From an uncultured Methanosarcinales archaeon (lineage in GTDB: Archaea; Nanobdellota; Nanobdellia; Woesearchaeales; UBA583), in contig CAYGPK010000001.1 of assembly GCA_964351975.1 (NCBI GenBank), positions 85,270 through 149,269 of the forward strand: DNA of 64,000 nucleotides, in the 5' to 3' direction. The position numbers were made by a program, and so were the translations under genes. Under the pieces are notes generated by a model. The model searched no databases. It worked only from the letters and a program-made list of their open reading frames with translations, and was not told where the DNA came from. Shown here in pieces: positions 47,712 to 56,992 of the stretch (position 1 is its first letter; every line of letters begins with the position of its first letter).

Positions 47712-49535
47712 ACAGTTTCCATCATTAGCATTAGAGTTTGAATTTGCAACTTGAGTTTCTTGCGGAGTTCCTTCTTTTTCATTTATATTTTGAGTATTTT
47801 GTGTATTTTCTGAAGTTGTAGTATCAGTAGTAATTTGTGTTTGAGGAGTGTTTGAGTTTTCATTTGATGCAATTAGGGGTTCGTCTTTCTCTTCTACGAA
47901 GTTAGGATCTTTTATTGCTAGCCTTAATGTGCCTTTTTTCTCAAACTCTGAATTTGTTGTAAAAGTTATAACATCATTTATACTTTCTTCTTCAAGTGTT
48001 GAACCTTCAGTTGTAATTGTAAATCTTAAAGATGCTTTATCTTTGTAGGATGCAAGTTCATAGGGTATTGTAGGAGGATTTTTAATTGAAATTATTTTGT
48101 CTGTTGGTTGTTCAAATTTAGTTAATGTGCTCTTTGTTAGAGTTCCTAAATTATTTAGATTGTCTTCTTGAAAAATTATTTCTACATAATATTCTCTATC
48201 ATTTTCATCAGGACTATTTATAATTACAGGAAACGGTGAGTTTTCAATAGTATATTTTAGAGCATTGTTTAGTGCTGCAACTCTTCCTTGTCCTAAATTT
48301 TCTAATGCGTGAGAATATACATCTTCACCACTATCAAAATCTAACTTTTGAATGTACAAATCATAATTTACTACAGGAATTTCTAAATTGGAATTAGTTT
48401 CTACCTCTAAAAATAGAACTGTTTTTATTTGGACATCTTCATCAAATTCTTGTTCTAATTTTAATTTTTCTGCTGAACACCTAAATACTTCATTTTTACT
48501 TTTTTGAGCTATTATAATTTTATTTATTTCAACAGTCTCTAATAGAGTATTTCCTTGATAACATTCAATTTTTTTAACTAAAATTCCATTTTCTCCAGTT
48601 TCAAAATTATATATAACTGGAATTTTTTCTTCTTTTAAAATAGGTAAATCATAACGAGGATTATTGGGTTGTTCTAATCTTACTGTATATCTTTCTATAG
48701 TTTTTGTTTCAGTTTCAACAGAGTTTTCTTTTGCAGAACATTCTGTGGGAGTTTTACTAAGGTAGCACATAGGTCCGTCTAAAAAGTTTTGCCATGCTGA
48801 TTTGGATTGTGTTTGGACAGTATCTATAGGATTTGTATCATCAATTTGAAATGTATTTGCCCAAATTAGAGAAGTTCCAACAGGAATTAATAGGAAAATT
48901 AGCATTATAGCTTCCCAATATACGAATTTCATAGTTGTTTCTTTTGTGTTATCTTTAGCTTTTAATAAATATTCAAACCAGAGAAAAGGAAGGAGAATTA
49001 AAATGTTAGCATATAGAGTTAAGGTTAGATACCCTACAACAATACTTAAATATGATTTAGCACTGATAGTCCAAATAGTAGGATGAGTGTATAGATTTGC
49101 TACTGATGAAAATAAATTACCAATAATACTAACAGTTCCTAATAGATTAAATTTTATATATAACATATAAATGCACACAAGTGCAAAAAGATAAATCGTA
49201 GTTCTTAAGATATCAGAAGAAAAATTCCCTTTATGATTTGTAGGTTTTGTTTCTGTTTCATCTTGTCTTTCTTTTAATTCATTAATTCCAGAGCTTACTT
49301 TTTTGAATTCATTTTCAATTTTTTTGGCTTTGTCGGTATCTAGAAATAAAAAAATAATTGGTATAAATACTTTAAATTGATTTAATATTTGAAATATTTT
49401 TTCAATATAAGACAAATTAAATAGTATAATTGAGATTAAAACTATCGAAGTACTAAGTAACAAGTATCGAGGGTGTAATATATTTTTTTTTATTTCAACC
49501 TTTGAAATAAATCTTGAGGATTCTAAATATTTCAT
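47694..49535 (-). CDS. Membrane protein with large extracellular domain
   Basis: N-terminal TMs, beta-rich C-terminal domain, low-complexity tail. Confidence 0.75.
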   Translation of the reverse strand: MKYLESSRFISKVEIKKNILHPRYLLLSTSIVLISIILFNLSYIEKIFQILNQFKVFIPIIFLFLDTDKAKKIENEFKKVSSGINELKERQDETETKPTNHKGNFSSDILRTTIYLFALVCIYMLYIKFNLLGTVSIIGNLFSSVANLYTHPTIWTISAKSYLSIVVGYLTLTLYANILILLPFLWFEYLLKAKDNTKETTMKFVYWEAIMLIFLLIPVGTSLIWANTFQIDDTNPIDTVQTQSKSAWQNFLDGPMCYLSKTPTECSAKENSVETETKTIERYTVRLEQPNNPRYDLPILKEEKIPVIYNFETGENGILVKKIECYQGNTLLETVEINKIIIAQKSKNEVFRCSAEKLKLEQEFDEDVQIKTVLFLEVETNSNLEIPVVNYDLYIQKLDFDSGEDVYSHALENLGQGRVAALNNALKYTIENSPFPVIINSPDENDREYYVEIIFQEDNLNNLGTLTKSTLTKFEQPTDKIISIKNPPTIPYELASYKDKASLRFTITTEGSTLEEESINDVITFTTNSEFEKKGTLRLAIKDPNFVEEKDEPLIASNENSNTPQTQITTDTTTSENTQNTQNINEKEGTPQETQVANSNSNANDGNCLNSCV

Positions 49536-50131
49536 TGTAGCACCTCTTCAATTTTTTTTGGATTAAATTCATATTGTCCTATACTTTCTATCAATTGTTT
49601 TAATTGAGCTTTCTTTCTTGTTCTTTTAAGAAAAGACAAATTTCGAAAATCATAAGTTTGAGTATATTTTTCAACTTTTGTTGCAAAGTACGCTCTTAAT
49701 TTATTTTTTAAATGTCCTTTAAATTTTTCAAATTCTTCATTATCTTCTAATTTTAAAATACTTTCAATAACATCAAATCTTGCAATGATATAGAAATTAA
49801 TTAGTTTGTCAATAATATTTGAACAATTTTCATTAACTTGATTTTGGTTTGCTTTGTATTCTGATAACCATTTTGAATAAGCTTGTTTTATTATTTGTAA
49901 ATCATCGCTACTTTCTTGATTGTTTTCAGTTTGATTTTTAATTTCATTTTCACATTCATCAATTATTTGTTTTGCCCAAGGTTCAATTTCAGGTTTTTCT
50001 TTAAATTTAATTAAGTCATTTTGGTTTTGTGAAACTAAATTTATTATTGAATTTTTTATTTTATTTTTAGAATAATTATCAGTTGAGTTTTTGTATTCGT
50101 TAAGAAGGTTAAGTAATTCTAGTTCAAACAT
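49532..50131 (-). CDS. Hypothetical protein
   Basis: 199-aa ORF with ATGA overlap into the next gene. Confidence 0.7.
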   Translation of the reverse strand: MFELELLNLLNEYKNSTDNYSKNKIKNSIINLVSQNQNDLIKFKEKPEIEPWAKQIIDECENEIKNQTENNQESSDDLQIIKQAYSKWLSEYKANQNQVNENCSNIIDKLINFYIIARFDVIESILKLEDNEEFEKFKGHLKNKLRAYFATKVEKYTQTYDFRNLSFLKRTRKKAQLKQLIESIGQYEFNPKKIEEVLQ

Positions 50132-50260
50132 ATATATTTATCTGTGAAAATTGTTTATAAATGTTATTTTTTGTTTAAGAGTGAAGTTTTTATATAAAAA
50201 GGTTTTAATAAAATTAAAGTTACTAGTAAACTATATAAATATTAATGCTTGTTTTATTTT

Positions 50261-51145
50261 ATGAGAAAAGTTTTAATAATTTTATTTATACTTTTAGGAC
50301 TTATTTTTAGTTCTTGTTCAGGTGGATTGAATTTTGGAGGAAGTAAGACTGATTATCCTGATGAAGTTAAAAGTGGAAATGGTCTTAAAATTAATTTTAA
50401 TATTGATGATAGATGGATAAAGGCAGGAAAATTACAATATGAAATAACATTAAAAAATGAAGGAACTGATGAAATTAAACTTTCAAAAGATAATTTTGTT
50501 TTAAGTGTTGATACGACTCAGAGTGTTTTTGTTCCTAGTTCTTTAGAAGAGTTTTATAATAGTATATTAGAGGGGGGAGATTTAGTTTTATATCCTAGTC
50601 AAGAGAGAAGTTCTGGTGGGGCTTTAGAGTTTGAACCTAATTTTTTAGAAGATAGAGTTTTACCCGATTTTAATTTAATTTTAAATGTCAATTATGATTA
50701 TACTACAAAGTTTGATAGTAGTGTTAGTTTAAGAAGAGAGAGTGGAATTTGGAAATTAGGTCAAGATAATTCTAACCAAGCAGCTCCAGTTAAGATAGAT
50801 AAATTAGAACTTATGCTTGATAAAGGAAATAACTATTTTTTAATTTTTTATTTTAGAGATGTTGGTCAAAATGGAGGTTTACTTTCAAATAATGTTTTAA
50901 TTAATATTGATAATTTTAATGCTAATTTAGGAACAGGTTCACTTAGTTGTGTTCCTTCTTATTATGATGGAAAATATTTTACTTCGGCTAATGGTTATAT
51001 TATTAACTCAGAAAAAGATGATTTGGTTGCAAGATGCAGTATTTCACTAGGAGATGTTTCAGATTATACTACTAAAGTTGTTTCAACTTTTGATTATAAT
51101 TATAAGATGAGATTTAATGAGAAGATTACATTTCCTAAAAATTGA
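50261..51145 (+). CDS. Putative lipoprotein (lipobox)
   Basis: MRKVL...IFSSC; architecture similar to 11157..12035. Confidence 0.75.
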   Translation: MRKVLIILFILLGLIFSSCSGGLNFGGSKTDYPDEVKSGNGLKINFNIDDRWIKAGKLQYEITLKNEGTDEIKLSKDNFVLSVDTTQSVFVPSSLEEFYNSILEGGDLVLYPSQERSSGGALEFEPNFLEDRVLPDFNLILNVNYDYTTKFDSSVSLRRESGIWKLGQDNSNQAAPVKIDKLELMLDKGNNYFLIFYFRDVGQNGGLLSNNVLINIDNFNANLGTGSLSCVPSYYDGKYFTSANGYIINSEKDDLVARCSISLGDVSDYTTKVVSTFDYNYKMRFNEKITFPKN

Positions 51146-51205
51146 TTGAGAGAATATTTCTAACAAAAATATTTATAAAGGCATATTTATTCTTATTATT
51201 ATAAA

Positions 51206-51238
51206 TCCGTTTACTATAGTCTTGTTACTATAGGAGGA
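51206..51238 (+). promoter_or_regulatory. Candidate uL1 autoregulatory site covering the Shine-Dalgarno
   Basis: TCC-GTTTA-CTATAGT...ACTATAG-GA-GGA asymmetric internal loop in the rpl1 leader. Confidence 0.5.
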
Positions 51239-51246
51239 GCTTTAAA

Positions 51247-51897
51247 ATGAATGTTAAAGATATTGAGAAAAAAGTAAAAGAAGTTCGAGCAAACTCTAAA
51301 AAGAGAGGTTTTCCTCAAACTTTTGATTTGATTTTCAACCTACAAAATATGGACTTGAAAAAGCCAGACCATAAGGTTGATGTTGGAGCTGTGTTATACA
51401 CACAAGTTAAAACTAGCAAATTTAAGATTTGTGCTATTATTGATCATAGTGTTTCTGGTGCTGATGAAGTATTTGATAGAGTTTTATTTAATGATGAACT
51501 TGCTGCCCTTAAAGGTAATATGAAAGAAATTAGAAAAATTACTCAAGGTTATGATAAATTTGTTGTTCAAGCAAATCATATGCCTTTATTTGCTCAAATT
51601 TTAGGTAGATACTTAGGACCTATGAATAAAATGCCTTCTCCAAAATTAGGTATGATTATTACAGCTAAAACTCCTCTTGATGATTTATATAGTAAATTAC
51701 AAAAGACAGTTCATTTACAAACTAAGAAAAATTTAGTTATTCAAGCAAGTGTTGGTTCAGAAAAAGAATCAGATAATAATGTTGCACAAAACATTGTTCA
51801 TATTTATGAGACAATGCTTCATGCACTTCCAGCACAAAAGAATAATATCAAAGATGTTAGCTTAAAGCTTACTATGGGTAAGCCTGAGGTGTTATAA
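51247..51897 (+). CDS. rpl1: 50S ribosomal protein uL1
   Basis: KR.F.QT.DL, LGRYLGP..KMP, K.TMG. Confidence 0.95.
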   Translation: MNVKDIEKKVKEVRANSKKRGFPQTFDLIFNLQNMDLKKPDHKVDVGAVLYTQVKTSKFKICAIIDHSVSGADEVFDRVLFNDELAALKGNMKEIRKITQGYDKFVVQANHMPLFAQILGRYLGPMNKMPSPKLGMIITAKTPLDDLYSKLQKTVHLQTKKNLVIQASVGSEKESDNNVAQNIVHIYETMLHALPAQKNNIKDVSLKLTMGKPEVL

Positions 51898-51898
51898 A

Positions 51899-52912
51899 AT
51901 GGCAATTGATAGTACTTATAAATCCAAAGTAAATCCTAGAAATAAAGAATTTGCAGATAAGATTAGAAATTTATCTAATAAATATTCAATTGTAGGTATT
52001 GTTGATGTTTCAGGTTTACCTGCACCACAATTTCAAAGAATTAGATCAAAAGTTAAAAAAACAGCAGAAGTTTTAATTGTAAAGAAAAATTTAATTGAAA
52101 TTGTTTTAAAGGAACTTGAAACTAAGTTTAAAGGTATTAGTGACTTAATTTCTAAAACTTCAGGAGTTGTAGGACTTGTTTTTACTAATGATAATCCTTT
52201 TACTTTATATAAATTTGTTAAAAAGAATAAATCAACAGCACCTGCTAAAGCAGGTCAAATTGCACCAAATAATATTGTAGTTCCAGCAGGACCAACTAGT
52301 TTTGCACCTGGGCCAATTATTGGTGAGTTAGGAGCTTTAGGAATTAAAGCAGGAATTACAGCGGGTAAAGTTGAAATTAAGGCAGACTCAGTTGTTGCAA
52401 AAGAAGGAGATGAAATATCAGCAGCTCTTGCTGGAGTTTTATCCAGACTTGGTATTGAACCTATGGAAGTTGGTTTAAATATTAAAGCTATTTATGAAGA
52501 AGGAACAATTTATGGAAGAGATATTTTAGATGTTGATTCAGATGCAATTCTGGCAGATCTTATAGGTGCTGCTAGTGATTGTTTCAACTTAGCTTTAGGA
52601 TTGCATTATCCAACTAAGGAGAACGTATCATTGTTAATTGGTTCTGCAGCGAGAGATTCTCTTGGTTTAGGAATTGGTGTTGCATATCCTGCTGCTGAGA
52701 CAATTAAGCAATTAATTACTAAGGCTGAGTCTCAAGGTTATGGGGTAGCATTATCCCTACCAGAAGATAACAGGCCTGCTGGGTTTGCTGTTAAATCAGC
52801 ACCAGTAGCAGAAAATAATAATGTTTCTGCTAATGAAGAGTCAAAACCAGAAGATAAAAAAGAAGAAGCTCCTGCAGCAGACATGTCTGCTGGCTTTGGA
52901 GGACTTTTTTAA
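51899..52912 (+). CDS. rpl10: 50S ribosomal protein uL10 (P0)
   Basis: NPF.L, APAKAG..AP..I.VPAGPT.F.PGP, C-terminal GFGGLF. Confidence 0.96.
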   Translation: MAIDSTYKSKVNPRNKEFADKIRNLSNKYSIVGIVDVSGLPAPQFQRIRSKVKKTAEVLIVKKNLIEIVLKELETKFKGISDLISKTSGVVGLVFTNDNPFTLYKFVKKNKSTAPAKAGQIAPNNIVVPAGPTSFAPGPIIGELGALGIKAGITAGKVEIKADSVVAKEGDEISAALAGVLSRLGIEPMEVGLNIKAIYEEGTIYGRDILDVDSDAILADLIGAASDCFNLALGLHYPTKENVSLLIGSAARDSLGLGIGVAYPAAETIKQLITKAESQGYGVALSLPEDNRPAGFAVKSAPVAENNNVSANEESKPEDKKEEAPAADMSAGFGGLF

Positions 52913-52949
52913 AAATTATTTGAGATTAAATCTCATAAACTTATAAAAA

Positions 52950-53246
52950 ATGGAATACATATACGCTGCTATGCTTTTAAACAAAGCTGGGAAAAAAATT
53001 GAAGAGAAAGATATGACTGCAGTTCTTAAAGCTGCAGGTGTTGAGGCTGACGCTGCTAAAGTTAAGTCTTTAATTGCTGCACTTGATGGTGTAGATATTG
53101 CTCAAGTAATTGCTGATTCAGCTATGGTTGCTGCACCTTCTGCTGCTGCTCCTGCTGCATCTGCTGCATCTGCTCCTGCTGCTGAAGAGAAAAAGGAGGA
53201 AGCTCCTGCTGTTGACGCATCTGCTGGGCTTGGCTCATTATTTTAA
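52950..53246 (+). CDS. rpl12: 50S ribosomal protein P1 (aL12)
   Basis: MEYIYAA.LL, Ala-rich hinge, GLGSLF. Confidence 0.97.
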   Translation: MEYIYAAMLLNKAGKKIEEKDMTAVLKAAGVEADAAKVKSLIAALDGVDIAQVIADSAMVAAPSAAAPAASAASAPAAEEKKEEAPAVDASAGLGSLF

Positions 53247-53424
53247 TATTTTTATTTAATATTATTTTTTCAAATTTACGTCAAATATTAATAGGAATAT
53301 TAAATATTTTTATTATATTTTATAGTAAATAAACAAACAAACTAAACAAAATCATAAAAAATGGGAGAGACGCTCAAAAATTCGCTCTTTCACATTTTTT
53401 ATTAACAAAAAACATATATAAAAA

Positions 53425-54315
53425 ATGGATAAAGAGGCAATTCGTGATGAATTGAAAAAGGTTCGAGAAGAAATCAAAAAGGTTAAATCCGAATTTTTGA
53501 CTAAAAAAGATAAGAAAGAAGAGCACTTTGAAAAAGGTGATGATTATTCTAAAGAAATTGATGCTTTATATGAAGAAGTTAAAACTATTGAGCAAGATAA
53601 TAATTTAGATAAGATTAATGAAGAATTAGAGATTCAAAAAAAAGAATTTGATGAACACTCTGCTAAATTAAAAATTTTACAAACTGAATTTGATAAAGCA
53701 AAAACTCAAGAGAAACCTTCTACATTTAAACCTAAGATTAAAACTGTTTCTTTAGATAAAGCAAACAAAGAAATTGCAGAATTAGATTTGAAATTACAAA
53801 CTCAAGTTTTATCTTTAGATAAAGAATCTGTTATTACTAAAAAGATTGCAGAATTAAAAGATTTCATTGGAAAACATCAAACTTCTTCTTCATCTTCTTC
53901 AGAAGGTAATTATAGTGATGATTTTAAACAAGTTAGAAAAGATTTTAACAATGTTCGAAAAAAATTTAATAATTCAGAGAGAAAGATTAGAAACCTTTAC
54001 AAGAAAATTCGTTTAATTAGTAAAGAGAAGAAATTAAGATATAAAAAGATTGATGAATTAAGAAATCTTAAAAAAGAGGTTTTTGAAGAATTTAGAAGTC
54101 AAAAGAAAGAATATTCTGATATTGGAAAATCGCTTCGTGATCTTTTTAAAAAAGAAGAAGAACTACTTATTGAGTTAGGTGAATCACCAAATCAAAAGAA
54201 GAGACAATTCGAAAAAGACATTAAAGTAAAACAAAAGGAAGCTGAGGATAAATTTATGAATAAAGGTATTCTTACAACTGATGATTTACTGATGTTACAA
54301 TCAGGTAAAAAATAA
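53425..54315 (+). CDS. Archaeal coiled-coil protein
   Basis: K/E heptads, LQT..L.L.KE, LTTDDLL.LQ end. Confidence 0.8.
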   Translation: MDKEAIRDELKKVREEIKKVKSEFLTKKDKKEEHFEKGDDYSKEIDALYEEVKTIEQDNNLDKINEELEIQKKEFDEHSAKLKILQTEFDKAKTQEKPSTFKPKIKTVSLDKANKEIAELDLKLQTQVLSLDKESVITKKIAELKDFIGKHQTSSSSSSEGNYSDDFKQVRKDFNNVRKKFNNSERKIRNLYKKIRLISKEKKLRYKKIDELRNLKKEVFEEFRSQKKEYSDIGKSLRDLFKKEEELLIELGESPNQKKRQFEKDIKVKQKEAEDKFMNKGILTTDDLLMLQSGKK

Positions 54316-54401
54316 TTTTATTCTTTTTTAACTACTACTACTACTAATTTTCACTAATAAAGTTTAATTAAATTTATAAATTTGTATTTTTCTATTTTAT
54401 T

Positions 54402-55043
54402 ATGTTTATATACATTTTTGCTTTATTTGTTGTATTTTTGGGAATTTATATTTTATACAATAGTTTTACTTTTCAAATTTTTATTAGAAAAGTTAGAGTT
54501 AAAAATAAAGTTTTAGATGAATTTGTTTCAAAAGTAAGGGGAACTTATGTTAGTTCAGGATATTTTTCACTTTCTCATAAGATAATCTATGAAAAAGAAT
54601 ATATTTCTTTAAGCAATAGAGTAAAAAAAGAGTATGGAAATTGTTATAATGTTGTTAAATTTAGAACTGCAGATGCTAATTGGGAGCTTTTTTTTCATCT
54701 TTTGAAAGAAGGATTGAAGTTTAGTGAGATAATGACTGTTAGAGTTTTTCCAAATGATATTAAAATACGTAGTGAAGGTAATATTGAGAAGATTCATTCT
54801 AGGTTAAATATATTTACTAATAATCAATATTTAAGCAGAATATTAGAAGATTCACATATGAAGAATCATTTAAATTTTTTATTGCAATCCAATGGAGATA
54901 TGGGCTTAATTGCACATAACAATATACATTTTAAGACTTTTACCAGTGGAGTTTCAGTTGAGGTTAATGATATTTTAGAGATTATAAAATCTATTAATTA
55001 TATTAAAAATAAAGTGTATGTTAAAGGAGTTATGGAATATTAA
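54402..55043 (+). CDS. Membrane-anchored hypothetical protein
   Basis: N-terminal TM. Confidence 0.7.
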   Translation: MFIYIFALFVVFLGIYILYNSFTFQIFIRKVRVKNKVLDEFVSKVRGTYVSSGYFSLSHKIIYEKEYISLSNRVKKEYGNCYNVVKFRTADANWELFFHLLKEGLKFSEIMTVRVFPNDIKIRSEGNIEKIHSRLNIFTNNQYLSRILEDSHMKNHLNFLLQSNGDMGLIAHNNIHFKTFTSGVSVEVNDILEIIKSINYIKNKVYVKGVMEY

Positions 55044-55142
55044 TTTCAGAATCAGATTGAGATTGCGAGGAATGTATAGTAGTTGTGAAAGGCGATGAAA
55101 ATTTAGACTAAAATTAATAAGTAATTAAGAATTGTATTATTT

Positions 55143-55646
55143 ATGGATTGGAATAATGTTAAGTTTAGAAATTTAATTACAGATGAATTAGAATTAAATC
55201 TACCTAAAGACAAAGAAGTTCAACAAAGACTTTCAGCTTATTGCTTAGTTATTAAAGATACAAGGGTTTTACTTGTAAAAGATAGTTTTGGTGAAAAAGA
55301 ATTTTGGCAATTACCAGGAGGGGGAGTAGAAATAGGTGAATCTCTTTTTGAAGCTGGAGAGAGAGAAACTTTAGAAGAGAGTGGTTATGAAGTTAAGATT
55401 TTTGATAAACTTCCTGTAGTAATTAGAACTGATTTTGCAAAGAATGCAATTTCAGATAATTATTATCAGAGTTTTTTGTTTATTTATAGGGCGGAGTTGT
55501 TAAATGATAAAGTTAAAGAATTAAATTTGGATTTTGAGGGAGAAGTTACGGAAGTTAAATGGATTGAACTTAAGGATTTAGAGAAATTAGAAAATATAAG
55601 AGAAGTTAATAAAGAAGTTTTAAGAAATATTAAATCTTATCTTTGA
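55143..55646 (+). CDS. Nudix hydrolase
   Basis: GGVEIGESLFEAGERETLEESG Nudix box. Confidence 0.92.
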   Translation: MDWNNVKFRNLITDELELNLPKDKEVQQRLSAYCLVIKDTRVLLVKDSFGEKEFWQLPGGGVEIGESLFEAGERETLEESGYEVKIFDKLPVVIRTDFAKNAISDNYYQSFLFIYRAELLNDKVKELNLDFEGEVTEVKWIELKDLEKLENIREVNKEVLRNIKSYL

Positions 55647-56494
55647 ATTTTTAGTTGCCTTAATGCCTTTATTCGATCTTCTGTTGAAGGGTGAGTTGAA
55701 AACATTTTAAACAATGAACTTGATTTAAATGGATTAATTATAAATAAACTCTCTGTTGCAGCAGCACTAGGATTATTATTTGTGTGTCCTTTTACTCCTT
55801 CTTCAAGCTTTCGTAGTGCATTAATCATTGGTTGTGCTGTTTTCATTATTTGAGCTGCTCCAGCATCTGCAAGATATTCTCTTTGTCTTGAAATTGCTAA
55901 TTGAATTATAGTTGCAATTAAAGGCGTTAATATAATTATTGCCATAGCACCAACAATATTACTTAATCCATTATCATTATCACCTCTACCATATCCAAAA
56001 ATAATTGCCCATTGAAGCATATTTGCAATAAGAGAAATTGCTGATGCTATTCCTACAGCTATTGTTTGAATCAATGTGTCTCTGTGTTTAATGTGAGATA
56101 GTTCGTGAGCCATAACAGCTCGGACTTCTTCCTCGCTCATAAGGGTGAGAAGTGATTCGGTAGCTGCGACTGCTGAATTTTTGTAATTTCTTCCTGTTGC
56201 AAAAGCGTTTGGAGATGGAGCTGTTATTGTATATACTTTTGGTGTTGGAATTTTTGCAAGTCTTGCAAGTTCCTTTACTATAATATATAATTTATGATCG
56301 TGTGAAACTTCTTTTGCTTTGTACATTTTAAGTACAATTTTATCACTAAACCAATAACTACCGAAATTGAAGATCATTGCAATTGCAAAACCAATTATCA
56401 TACCTACTTGATTACCTATTAGGTATCCAATTCCAATAAAGAGACCTGCTAAAGTTGCAAGTAATATAGTTGTTTTTATTCTATTTCCTATCAT
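55637..56494 (-). CDS. htpX: HtpX (M48) zinc metalloprotease
   Basis: PNAFATG, HELSH, SRQREY.AD, STHP. Confidence 0.95.
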   Translation of the reverse strand: MIGNRIKTTILLATLAGLFIGIGYLIGNQVGMIIGFAIAMIFNFGSYWFSDKIVLKMYKAKEVSHDHKLYIIVKELARLAKIPTPKVYTITAPSPNAFATGRNYKNSAVAATESLLTLMSEEEVRAVMAHELSHIKHRDTLIQTIAVGIASAISLIANMLQWAIIFGYGRGDNDNGLSNIVGAMAIIILTPLIATIIQLAISRQREYLADAGAAQIMKTAQPMINALRKLEEGVKGHTNNNPSAAATESLFIINPFKSSSLFKMFSTHPSTEDRIKALRQLKIQR

Positions 56495-56633
56495 TTTATT
56501 TTATTATGTTATATTAATTATAAATGTTAATATATATTTAAATATTTCTTTTATTTAACAATTGTTAATAAATAGGTTATTATGTAGTATTCAAATTACA
56601 AATTTTTATAAATGCTTGAATTTAGAATAGTTT

Positions 56634-56879
56634 ATGGTAAAAAAATCCTGGTTTGATAAGTTTGAGAGTATAGATAGACACACAATGGCTCATTTCTATT
56701 TAGGAATTGGTGTAACAATTTTCATATTGAATGTAATTTCATTTATGTCAATTTACGTTTATTTTAAAGATTCAAGTTTAGGAGTTGTTGGTCCTTATTT
56801 TGGTCATTATTCTTCATTTGTTGCAGCAATTTTATTGATTGTCTTTTCAATTTATGAAATGAACAAACATAAGAAATAA
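56634..56879 (+). CDS. Small two-TM protein
   Basis: 81 aa; TTTATAAA at leaderless spacing. Confidence 0.65.
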   Translation: MVKKSWFDKFESIDRHTMAHFYLGIGVTIFILNVISFMSIYVYFKDSSLGVVGPYFGHYSSFVAAILLIVFSIYEMNKHKK

Positions 56880-56992
56880 TTTTTTTAATTTTAAGTTAAG
56901 TTTATAAATAATTTATTCTTAACTATATCATTGAGTTTTGGTACTCTATAATTCTTAATTCGAAATATTATACGAAAAGAATTCTATTTAAA

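Noticed and set aside
55020..55106. Possible decayed C-terminal duplicate (gtgaaaggcgatgaaaatttag vs gttaaaggagttatggaatattaa)
   Set aside because: It needs a 2-nt gap and has no convincing hairpin; it may be chance.
56934..56985. Two small hairpins in the aCPSF1 leader
   Set aside because: Weak AT-rich stems with no duplication or second copy to support function.
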